Assembly (NCBI GenBank): GCA_016278505.1
Contig: JADQBQ010000019.1
Coordinates: forward strand, 5,098-69,097
Source of the DNA: Clostridiales bacterium
GTDB lineage: Bacteria; Bacillota; Desulfotomaculia; Desulfotomaculales; VENG01
DNA: 64,000 bases
Direction of reading: 5' to 3'
The position numbers and the translations under genes were made by a program. The notes below the pieces were generated by a model. The model ran no database searches. It worked only from the letters and a program-made list of their open reading frames with translations, and had not been told where the DNA came from. Of the stretch, positions 28,648-36,841 are shown piece by piece. Position 1 is the stretch's first letter. The number at the start of each line of letters is the position of its first letter.

Positions 28648-28796
28648 GTCATTTGCCAGACAAAAAAGATAGATTAAATTTGATAATCTTATTCATAAGT
28701 TAAAGTTAATCTTAAGGTTTAAATACAGCACGGTAGTTATTATGGTCTGTATGGTTGCGGTATCAAGTGCTGCCTTATAAAAAGAGGAGGGGAATC

Positions 28797-29603
28797 ATGC
28801 TACTAAATGTGAAGGAACTGGCACAAAAGGATAGCTTGAGCTATCAAGAAATGCAGGACGCTCTAGAATACTTGTTTAGGTTGGATTATCATCCCGTCGC
28901 CATTAAGTTTTTCTTTGACCAGACTGAGTATGACAATTACCAAGCGGAAAAGGTGCCGGGTCCAAAAATGACTTATTGTCAAATTGCATTAGCATCACGT
29001 TTTAATAGCTTTACCGTTAAAGCTTCTGCAGATAACTTGTTATGTGGCAATGCCAAGACAGTTTTTGGTTTTCGGGAAGCTGACGATGCAGAGGTTGACG
29101 GGCATGTTAAGTATACAGCTGATTGGGATGCGGCTAAGAAATGTTTACTCAGTAAACCTAAACTGCCACTGGGAGAATTGAAAGGTTTTGCCACTGCGCC
29201 TCTGGGAAAAGCTGATTTTGAACCCAGTGTGGTATTTTTTGTAGTTAACCCACTACAGGCCTATCATATTGCCAATGATTACATCGGGGCTTTCGGAGAG
29301 CACCCCCTTACCTATAAACATACAGTTAATTCCGCGGTTTGCGCCGGCAGCGTTGTTTCTTACCTTGATAATGCCATAAATATGACTACCATGTGCGCAG
29401 GTAGTTTTACCTCCGGGAAAACAGAAAAAGGTGAGGTTAATCTGTTTATCCCAGGCAGCAAAATAGGTGGGGTAGCTGCACAGCTGGTTCACCGCACCAA
29501 TAAATACGGTGGTCCTTCCATGTTGGGGACACCAGGACAGGAATTCCCGGGCATGGATGCTTGTAAAAAATGTCCCATGATCAAGTTTAAGGATGCCAAA
29601 TAA
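28797..29603 (+). CDS. DUF169 domain-containing protein
   Basis: The YHPVAIKFF region is typical of DUF169 (COG2043). ATG at 28797 with GAGGAGGGG upstream. Confidence 0.7.
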   Translation: MLLNVKELAQKDSLSYQEMQDALEYLFRLDYHPVAIKFFFDQTEYDNYQAEKVPGPKMTYCQIALASRFNSFTVKASADNLLCGNAKTVFGFREADDAEVDGHVKYTADWDAAKKCLLSKPKLPLGELKGFATAPLGKADFEPSVVFFVVNPLQAYHIANDYIGAFGEHPLTYKHTVNSAVCAGSVVSYLDNAINMTTMCAGSFTSGKTEKGEVNLFIPGSKIGGVAAQLVHRTNKYGGPSMLGTPGQEFPGMDACKKCPMIKFKDAK

Positions 29604-29747
29604 CAACGGGGTTACGCCCCAGAGTTTATAAAAAAAGCAATGATTATTTTCAGGGAGGTGATAAGGTAGGTCGGCTTTTATTGTTGGAGGAGAGTTTGGT
29701 TGTTCAGGAGTGTAGGTAAATTCTAAAAGAAAGAGGGGAACTTATCC

Positions 29748-30743
29748 ATGGATTTTATTATTTCAGGGATTCATGCTAATCCAATTTGGATTGTATTTTG
29801 GGGGATTATAACCGGATATGTTTTTTCTACTGTCGGCGCGGCTGGTGCCTGCCTAACCCTTATCGGACAGGTCACCCTGTTTAAGATTGATAAAATAATG
29901 CCCCAGCATTTAATGTCTCAGGGCATGGATCAGGCAGCGGCCAAGGCAACCACGAAAAACACTATGAAGGTTCATAACTTGATGGCTGTTATTCTGTCGC
30001 CCATCATTGCGGTGCCCAAGTACTTTAAGGAAAAACGTGTGGCTATTCCGCTGGCATTGTGTGTAGCATCCGGTGTTGTATTCGGTGCCCTGATAGGGCC
30101 ACAAATTCCCATGTCATTATCAGCTTATAAATTCTGGTTTGGGATTATTACCTTTGTCATCGGTCTTCGTCTTGCTTATGAAACTACAAATGTGTATCGT
30201 CAGAAGAAGCAAAAGCTAACCGAGGTTTCCAAGAACTTTGAAGCAAGGGTTAAGGAAATGAAACAGACAAAAAATTGGGATGCTTTAGCTACAGAAGGCT
30301 TCAAAGTTGACAACTTTTCTATTAAAGAGTTGACTTTTACCTTCTGGGGACAGCAATTTACTATTAGCCCTGTGGTAGCTGCTCTCGGCGGTTTTTGTAT
30401 CGCCATAATTGCTTCCATGTTCGGTCTGGGTGGCGGCTTTATGCTGGTTCCTTACCTGGCATCGGTATTCGTATTGCCTATGTTCATGGTCTCGGGTACT
30501 TCCATCTTGATTGTGTTAGTTAACTCTGTGGTTGCCATCGGCAGTTATTTGGCTAAGGGTGCCACTCCCGACTTTATGTACATTGGATTTTTCTTGGCCG
30601 GTGTAGCCGGTGGATCTTACCTTGGTCCAATATTCTCCAAGTACTATAAGGAAAAATACCTGCGTTGGCTCTTGGCGGCAGTGCTTCTCTTCTACGGCCT
30701 GCGTTTTATGGGCGTTTGGAAAGCTCTGGGCCTGGGTATTTAA
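29748..30743 (+). CDS. TauE/SafE-family (DUF81) anion exporter
   Basis: Two 4-TM halves with Gly-rich first helices (GAAGACLTLIG, FGLGGGFMLVP). Confidence 0.75.
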   Translation: MDFIISGIHANPIWIVFWGIITGYVFSTVGAAGACLTLIGQVTLFKIDKIMPQHLMSQGMDQAAAKATTKNTMKVHNLMAVILSPIIAVPKYFKEKRVAIPLALCVASGVVFGALIGPQIPMSLSAYKFWFGIITFVIGLRLAYETTNVYRQKKQKLTEVSKNFEARVKEMKQTKNWDALATEGFKVDNFSIKELTFTFWGQQFTISPVVAALGGFCIAIIASMFGLGGGFMLVPYLASVFVLPMFMVSGTSILIVLVNSVVAIGSYLAKGATPDFMYIGFFLAGVAGGSYLGPIFSKYYKEKYLRWLLAAVLLFYGLRFMGVWKALGLGI

Positions 30744-30776
30744 TGCTATCATAAATTATAATTTATTGGTTATTGA

Positions 30777-30809
30777 CGGGTGGGTTGGGTTATTTCCCGA
30801 ACCCACCCG
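30777..30809. other. strong intercistronic hairpin without a T-run
   Basis: CGGGTGGGTTGGG-loop6-CCC(G)AACCCACCCG, 13 bp with one bulge. Confidence 0.5.
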
Positions 30810-30839
30810 ATTACCATTACAGAGAGTGGTGGTTAGGTT

Positions 30840-31283
30840 ATGGAACCGATTATAGTTGTAATGTTGACTGCTTGTGTAATAACTACGTTATCAGCTATTC
30901 TTTCTAAAAGCGTAGGAAAAGAAAAAGAAATGAATAAATGGTCAGGGGAAATAAAACGCTGCAGTGACCTGTCCAGTGATGCGGAAAAGGTTGGGCGAAG
31001 GGACATCTACACTGCTTTTCAGAAACAAGGGAATGAAGCTTTGCATAAGTACTTTGCCGCGCTTTACTGTGAGGCGGTAATTGAAATTTTTCCACATGTG
31101 CTGGCCCTGGGGGTACTGCAGAAGCTTTATACTCAGGACGTTCTGCATTTTGGTTTTAGCATTTGGCTTTTCGGTCCAGGCATAGGGTTCTTTGGTGTGT
31201 ATTTTGTTAGCGCTCTGGTTTTCCATTTTGCAGTACTGAAAAAATTGAAAAAGAAACTTCCCATATTGGGGACTGCAAAGTAA
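30840..31283 (+). CDS. hypothetical membrane protein (147 aa)
   Basis: Three predicted hydrophobic helices. No family recognised. Confidence 0.45.
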   Translation: MEPIIVVMLTACVITTLSAILSKSVGKEKEMNKWSGEIKRCSDLSSDAEKVGRRDIYTAFQKQGNEALHKYFAALYCEAVIEIFPHVLALGVLQKLYTQDVLHFGFSIWLFGPGIGFFGVYFVSALVFHFAVLKKLKKKLPILGTAK

Positions 31284-31296
31284 AAGATATACGCAT

Positions 31297-32541
31297 TTAA
31301 ATAAACGAAAACAAAACTACAGATATTGCAGCGCCGGCGAGAATCAACCAGAGAGTGTCGAGTTTTGTATAGCGTTGGGTGGCAACAGCCCCCAGGGCCA
31401 TTAGCCATGTTGGTATATCCACCAGGATGTCGTTAGTTAATCTAATAACCACGGCCCACAAAGTTCCGATAAATGCAGCTACTACTCCGCGTACCACCAA
31501 GCGGATACTGGGTACCTGCCCGGCCCGGCGGTATAAATCGGCGGTAAGGTTGATAATGCAAAAAGTGGGAATGTAAATATTTATTGTGGCCACCAGTGCC
31601 CCTGTCAAACCTGCTGCTTTGTAACCGACAAAAGTGGCAATTTTGGTTAATGGGCCCGGGGTTACTAAACTCAAGGCCAGAGCTGTGGTGAATTGCTGCG
31701 TGGTGATCCATTGATAATGATTGACGGCTTCTTTCTGGATAAAGGGCAACATGGCGTACCCGCTGCCAAATACCAGGCCGCCCAATTCCATGAACGTAGT
31801 GCCCAAGTTCGTAAAAACTTTTGTGGTGCTGATTAAGGCAATATCTGCAGCCACCATGGCGGCAACCAGGCCCATAGTGTAACCCATCATTTTCCTGTCA
31901 ATTGGCTTAAATTGAGTTTTTTTAGTGTTCTGTTCTTTGGTGAGCCCGGCCATTTTTTCTGCCCACCAGGGAAAGCGCCGGCTTAATATAACAAAGGTGA
32001 TGCTGAACAAGGTAGCCAATAGGAGAATCCAGTAGATACTTAAATTCAGTCGGTAAATTAATACAAAACCTCCAATGGCCAGAACCCAATTCTGCTTATT
32101 GGTCACCCCTGATTTCCACAGATTAAGCACAGTGTTGATAACCAGCCCCACCACCAGTGCCCCCAACCCTTTAAATAAGTTGGATACGATAGACAGGTCA
32201 CGGTATTCAGTATAAAGATAAGTAAAAATCACCATAAATACAAATGCCGGTAACAGATAAGCTACAGCGGCGCAGACTGAACCCCAGAAGCCGCGCAGTC
32301 GTTGTCCCAGGTATATCATTAGACTTACCGCGGGTGCACCTGGTAAAATTTGTGAGAAACCAACCCCCTGCAGGTATTCTTCATCAGTAAACCACTTCTT
32401 CTCTTTCACCAGCCAATTTTTTGCTTCCCCCAGAGCGGCCAGACTAAAGGATACAGCCCCAATACGCAAAAAGGTAAGGCAAACTTCCGGCAACGAGGCG
32501 GTTTTATTTATATTGTCCCGGGGAGTTGCTTTTTCTGACAT
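31297..32541 (-). CDS. chrA: chromate transporter ChrA (two CHR domains)
   Basis: LRIGAVSFSLAAL....ILPGAPAVS in the N-half and an equivalent C-half. Size 414 aa. Confidence 0.85.
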   Translation of the reverse strand: MSEKATPRDNINKTASLPEVCLTFLRIGAVSFSLAALGEAKNWLVKEKKWFTDEEYLQGVGFSQILPGAPAVSLMIYLGQRLRGFWGSVCAAVAYLLPAFVFMVIFTYLYTEYRDLSIVSNLFKGLGALVVGLVINTVLNLWKSGVTNKQNWVLAIGGFVLIYRLNLSIYWILLLATLFSITFVILSRRFPWWAEKMAGLTKEQNTKKTQFKPIDRKMMGYTMGLVAAMVAADIALISTTKVFTNLGTTFMELGGLVFGSGYAMLPFIQKEAVNHYQWITTQQFTTALALSLVTPGPLTKIATFVGYKAAGLTGALVATINIYIPTFCIINLTADLYRRAGQVPSIRLVVRGVVAAFIGTLWAVVIRLTNDILVDIPTWLMALGAVATQRYTKLDTLWLILAGAAISVVLFSFI

Positions 32542-32601
32542 AGTGTCCTCTCCTTGGTAATGAGCTTATCTTTACAGGTAAATGTATTCTTATTGAGAAT
32601 C

Positions 32602-32620
32602 TAAGTGCACAGTGCACCTA
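32602..32620. promoter_or_regulatory. near-palindromic operator candidate TAAGTGCAC-A-GTGCACCTA upstream of chrA
   Basis: Lies about 60 nt upstream of the chrA start. Same motif as the perfect palindrome at 43026-43044. Confidence 0.45.
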
Positions 32621-32743
32621 TATAATTTTAAGATATACTATCATTACAATTATATTAAAGCAATACTTTTTCCTACATCAAAAGAGGAATCCTATATAGG
32701 ATTCCTTCTTAACGAGTCAAGACAGAATATAATCCAGGGTGTT

Positions 32744-32887
32744 TCAGTCAGGGCTGGACTCAACTTCGTCGTATGATAATTGGGTTACCCTGGTGAACTC
32801 TCCCGTCTTTTTTTCCTGACGGGTTGCTTTCTTCTCCAAATAATCATCATCCCCGGGTGCGGCAACTGGCTTTCTTCTTTCTTCCAT
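32744..32887 (-). CDS. small acidic/basic ORF (47 aa)
   Basis: Not in the ORF track. ATG with AAGGGG upstream. Sequence MEERRKPVAAPGDDDYLEKKATRQEKKTGEFTRVTQLSYDEVESSPD. Confidence 0.3.
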   Translation of the reverse strand: MEERRKPVAAPGDDDYLEKKATRQEKKTGEFTRVTQLSYDEVESSPD

Positions 32888-32990
32888 TGTATTTACCCCT
32901 TTTGTATTGTTAAAACTAAATTCTTTCCTACAGCAGGTTAAATTATAAGGCCGGTCGAAGTGTTAATTAAAGTCAGTATTGGTAGGGTAA

Positions 32991-33857
32991 TTAAGCAAGT
33001 CCTTTAGCGCTGGCAATGGCCAGCACCTGCCTGGCACGATTAACAATGGGGTATTCCACCATTTTACCGTCTACCTGAATTACACCGGTGCCCTTGGCTT
33101 CTGCTTCTTCAAAGGCTGCCACAATTTTGCGGGCGTTATTGATTTCTTTTTCCGACGGGCTGAATATTGTATTGACCGGCCCGATCTGATTGGGGTGAAT
33201 AACCATTTTGCCCTGGAAACCCAAACGTTGCGCTCTTTTGGCATCTTCCTGCAATGAGTCGGTATCCTTAATAAATGGGCAAACTGTATCTAAGGGAGCT
33301 TCGATACCGGCGGCCCGTGATGCAACTACCAGCCTGGAACGAGCATAAAAGAATTCGTCTCCGGTGGTGGAGTAAGGAGTTCCGATGTCTGTAGTGAAGT
33401 CATTACCACCTAAGGCGAGCCTTTTTACTCTGGGGCAGGCGCACGCTATGTCATAGGCTTTTTCTACGCCCAGTGAAGTTTCCAGGAAAGGTACCAGCTC
33501 AAGTTTCTGTTTTTCCGGTACCTGTTCACCTTCCAAGAGCGAAAGCAGCCAGTCAACGTGCTTTACTTCTTCGGCAGATTCAGTTTTAGCCAGGAAAATT
33601 CCGGTAATGGGCTTGCCGGCAGCAGCCTGTAAATCGGCCAATATAAAAGGTGTTTTAGCATCGTTGACACGGACAAAAGTAGGTTTTGCCGGGGGGGAGC
33701 CCAAGAATTCTTTAACCTGTTCCCTGGCCGTTGCTTTTTGGCTGTGTGCCACGGCGTCCTCAAGATCGAGAATTATTGCATCGGCCTCCAGGCCATAGGC
33801 TTTGTTCATTTTTTTGGTATCGCTGCCTGGGGCAAAAAGCATAGAACGGTAAAGCAC
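32991..33857 (-). CDS. HpcH/HpaI aldolase / citrate-lyase beta (CitE)-like CoA-ester lyase
   Basis: RSMLFAPG, AIILDLEDAV and MVIHPNQI motifs. Confidence 0.8.
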   Translation of the reverse strand: MLYRSMLFAPGSDTKKMNKAYGLEADAIILDLEDAVAHSQKATAREQVKEFLGSPPAKPTFVRVNDAKTPFILADLQAAAGKPITGIFLAKTESAEEVKHVDWLLSLLEGEQVPEKQKLELVPFLETSLGVEKAYDIACACPRVKRLALGGNDFTTDIGTPYSTTGDEFFYARSRLVVASRAAGIEAPLDTVCPFIKDTDSLQEDAKRAQRLGFQGKMVIHPNQIGPVNTIFSPSEKEINNARKIVAAFEEAEAKGTGVIQVDGKMVEYPIVNRARQVLAIASAKGLA

Positions 33858-33963
33858 GGTGATGAACCTCCTTTAGTTCGAACAATCTTTGTGATTATAA
33901 TTATTTTTTCGACAGCAGTTAAATTTTCCCCTTTAAAATTAAAACAACGGAAGGAGTGGAACG

Positions 33964-34455
33964 TTGACTCAAATATATGCACCGGATTTTGTCGGTAAGT
34001 CGGACCAGGCTGTTGTATTTCTGGTTTCTTCTTTAAATGAGGAATTGAAAAGTGTTATGGAGCGTGTTCACCGTGGAGAACAGGTTGTTTACCGTTTTGA
34101 GTGGAACCTTGCCAAAGACAGTGAACAAAAGGATATGATAGTATTTGCTTTGGAGTTTGCCGATGAGAATAATGTTTCTATTGGATTGGCACCACAATAT
34201 TGGGAATGTTTACCCTCAGTTATTTCCCTCGGCTTAATCGTTATTATGACCGACCCCGGCCTGATCAATGAAGAAAACCGGGCGGCGGTGGGTGAAGAGC
34301 CCAGGGCATTAGTCATCCACAGTGCTTTTAATGGCCTCGATGGATTAGCCGAACAGGCTAACCAGCGCTTACAGGCTGGAGAGAGAGGGAACTTAGACTT
34401 TTTACTCAGACTACTTTCCGAAGGGGCTGAGTCGGATGAAAAACCGCACCACTAA
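33964..34455 (+). CDS. hypothetical protein (163 aa)
   Basis: TTG start with GGAAGGAG upstream. No family recognised. Confidence 0.5.
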   Translation: MTQIYAPDFVGKSDQAVVFLVSSLNEELKSVMERVHRGEQVVYRFEWNLAKDSEQKDMIVFALEFADENNVSIGLAPQYWECLPSVISLGLIVIMTDPGLINEENRAAVGEEPRALVIHSAFNGLDGLAEQANQRLQAGERGNLDFLLRLLSEGAESDEKPHH

Positions 34456-34481
34456 ATAGTGTGTTACTAAGATAGAATACC

Positions 34482-34695
34482 GACAAACCTGTCTTTTGTG
34501 CAGAGCGAATGAATTGAATCGAGCAACTGCCAGGCTTAGCGAAGTCGATAAGCGGAAGCGGGACCGAGCACAGGACGTGCGAGGCTGCCCCTTGAGCCAG
34601 GACGGCGAATGGGGCAGGAATCCCGCTGGAGCGTGAGACTGAGCCTTAGCCTGGCCTGCGAGATGAAATGAATGAGCGGGCGCAAAAGACAGGTT
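34482..34695 (+). ncRNA. unclassified structured repeat element, copy 2
   Basis: Paralog of 8197-8412 with the same helices and compensatory changes. A TAGAAT box at 34473-34478 lies just upstream. Confidence 0.45.
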
Positions 34696-34722
34696 AGCTG
34701 CACAGTTATGGTTAATAACCGG

Positions 34723-34758
34723 GCGGCACCACTATAGATAGTGGTGCCGCTTTAGTTT
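34723..34758 (+). terminator. intrinsic terminator
   Basis: GCGGCACCAC-loop8-GTGGTGCCGC followed by TTTAGTTT. Confidence 0.6.
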
Positions 34759-34843
34759 GAGGTATTAATTTTCTCCAATGTGATAAATTATTAGTTGTTG
34801 CAAGTGACGGCATAATTCTAAGTATTAATTGGAGACGTAACAA

Positions 34844-35551
34844 ATGTTAGCTATTGTTTTGAGAACCATCCTAATCTACTTTATCATGCTGGCGGTAGTT
34901 CGGCTAATGGGAAAAAGGGAGATAGGCCAGTTATCACCCTTTGATTTTGTGGTGGCCATTATGATGGCTGAGTTGGCTGTATTACCCATGGAATCACCTG
35001 ATATTCCATTATGGCATGGCATAATACCTTTAGTGATATTAGTCTGCCTGGAAATAGGCATTTCCTATATGGCCTTACACAGTCATACAGTGCGGGGCTT
35101 TTTAGACGGAAAGCCACAAATTATCATTGAAAACGGCAAAATTCTCAAAAAGGAAATGCGAAAGAGCCGTTATAACCTTAATGATCTGATGGCCCAGTTA
35201 AGGGAAAAGGGGGTTCCTAATATAGAGGATGTGGAGTTTGGGATTTTGGAAACGTCGGGAAGGCTCAGCATTATTCCCAGATCCCAAAAACGTCCCATAA
35301 CGCCTGCGGATTTGGGTATCCGGACCAAATACGAAGGTATGCCTTTGGCCCTGGTTATGGACGGGGTGGTTATGCACGCTAATCTTGATATGTGCGGTCT
35401 GAATGAGAAATGGCTGTGTGAAAAGTTAAACGAAACCGGTATGGCCCTGGCCAATATTTTCCTGGCCATGCTGGATACCCAGGGGGAGCTTTACGTTGTA
35501 CCCAAAGATTATTTTAAAAATAATTTCCATGTACAGAAAAAGAAGGAATAA
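34844..35551 (+). CDS. DUF421 (YetF-like) membrane protein
   Basis: RLMGKREIGQLSPFDFVVAIMMAELA is the typical DUF421 N-terminus. Confidence 0.8.
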   Translation: MLAIVLRTILIYFIMLAVVRLMGKREIGQLSPFDFVVAIMMAELAVLPMESPDIPLWHGIIPLVILVCLEIGISYMALHSHTVRGFLDGKPQIIIENGKILKKEMRKSRYNLNDLMAQLREKGVPNIEDVEFGILETSGRLSIIPRSQKRPITPADLGIRTKYEGMPLALVMDGVVMHANLDMCGLNEKWLCEKLNETGMALANIFLAMLDTQGELYVVPKDYFKNNFHVQKKKE

Positions 35552-35608
35552 ATGCCCTAACAGTCGAATGAAAGTTTTTTAAGGCAAGGGGGTGGGGTTA
35601 TATACCAG

Positions 35609-36319
35609 CTGGAAAGAAAGCATTTAACAATACTTTTAATAGTAGCTGCCCTGGTGATTCTGGGCGGCGGGTACAAGTTAGTTTCACTATCGCAGGCGGA
35701 AAACAATAAAGGTCAAGATGTATTAATAGATGCAAATTCCACAGAGCAGGAAATGAATTCCTTAGATTCAGCGGAAAATATTGTTAAAGAAGAACAAGCA
35801 GAGGCAGCAAAAGAAATATATGTCCATGTGGTAGGAGCAGTTGAAAGACCCGGTGTTTACAGGCTTCCTGAGGGGGCAAGGGTAGTGGATGCCATTAACA
35901 AGGCTGTTGCTGCCCCGGATGCCCGACTGGATCTTATCAATTTAGCGGCACCGCTGCCTGATGGCGTACAGGTAACGGTTTTGTCGAAAAAAGAGTATCA
36001 AGACTCACAGTCAAATTTAAACAGCAAAGAAATAGCGGCGCCGGTCCAGGGCTTCACCGGTACATCTTTTACTCAAAACAGTAGTGGTCTGGTTGGTGCC
36101 GTTGGAAATGGAAGCAGTACCGGTCAAGAGTTGATAAACATAAATACCGCCAGTCAGGGAGAACTAGAGACGCTTTCAGGCATTGGGCCTGCACTGGCCG
36201 GGAGAATTATTGACTACAGAAAGAATACAAGATTTTTATCCCCGGAAGATATTAGAAACGTTTCAGGTATCGGGGAAAAAAGATTTGATCAGATTAAGGA
36301 TAAGATTACAGTAAACTAA
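35609..36319 (+). CDS. comEA: competence protein ComEA (SLBB + helix-hairpin-helix)
   Basis: SLBB-like region (YVHVVGAVERPGVYRLPEG) and a C-terminal HhH (INTASQGELETLSGIGPALAGRIIDYR). The start is placed at the in-frame CTG at 35609 to include the TM anchor; the listed GTG is at 35654. Confidence 0.8.
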   Translation: MERKHLTILLIVAALVILGGGYKLVSLSQAENNKGQDVLIDANSTEQEMNSLDSAENIVKEEQAEAAKEIYVHVVGAVERPGVYRLPEGARVVDAINKAVAAPDARLDLINLAAPLPDGVQVTVLSKKEYQDSQSNLNSKEIAAPVQGFTGTSFTQNSSGLVGAVGNGSSTGQELININTASQGELETLSGIGPALAGRIIDYRKNTRFLSPEDIRNVSGIGEKRFDQIKDKITVN

Positions 36320-36392
36320 TTAACTATTTAGGAAAAAAGATAAAAAGGGATTAAATGGAATGTGATTAGTGTAACGTTAATAGTTTCTTTAC

Positions 36393-36421
36393 TTGTTACG
36401 GTGCTCTATTTTTGTTATAAT
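36393..36421 (+). promoter_or_regulatory. sigma-A-type promoter candidate
   Basis: TTGTTA, a 17-nt spacer, then TATAAT. Confidence 0.5.
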
Positions 36422-36459
36422 TAAATCGTAATATAACAAAAATAGGATTTAGGGGGAGA

Positions 36460-36642
36460 TTGACTATTTCCGATAAATACCAGTGCAAAAACTGTGAACA
36501 TGAGTTTTTTGTAGAACAACGCGAAACGCAGAGGATAATTAACGAATTACTTAAAAAGATAAAGTGTCCCCAGTGTGAATCCAACCGGGTTAAAAGATTA
36601 GATGATGACGGAGATAGTTGTTCGTGGTTTGCCGCCGGGTGA
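36460..36642 (+). CDS. FmdB-like zinc-ribbon protein (60 aa)
   Basis: CKNC...CPQC spacing. TTG start with AGGGGGA upstream. Confidence 0.6.
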   Translation: MTISDKYQCKNCEHEFFVEQRETQRIINELLKKIKCPQCESNRVKRLDDDGDSCSWFAAG

Positions 36643-36841
36643 TAAGGTTTTAATAAATGGGGCCGTGTGCCCTTTACTTTTCCGCCCAGTAATAATTAAT
36701 GAAAAAAAGGCGACTTTGTAAGTTGGGGGCCTGACCCCCAAACGCTTTTTTTTCACTGCAGTGCGTGGTAATCTGAATATTTTAACAATATATATCCCCG
36801 TAGAAGGAGATAACTGTTTCCCGGTCGAAAATTTTCTTATT

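Noticed and set aside
32621-32626. A perfect TATAAT on the + strand next to the chrA-upstream palindrome, as a + strand promoter.
   Set aside because: There is no acceptable -35 at 16-18 nt, and no + strand gene lies downstream for more than 1.3 kb. In AT-rich DNA it is probably fortuitous, or it belongs to the operator context.
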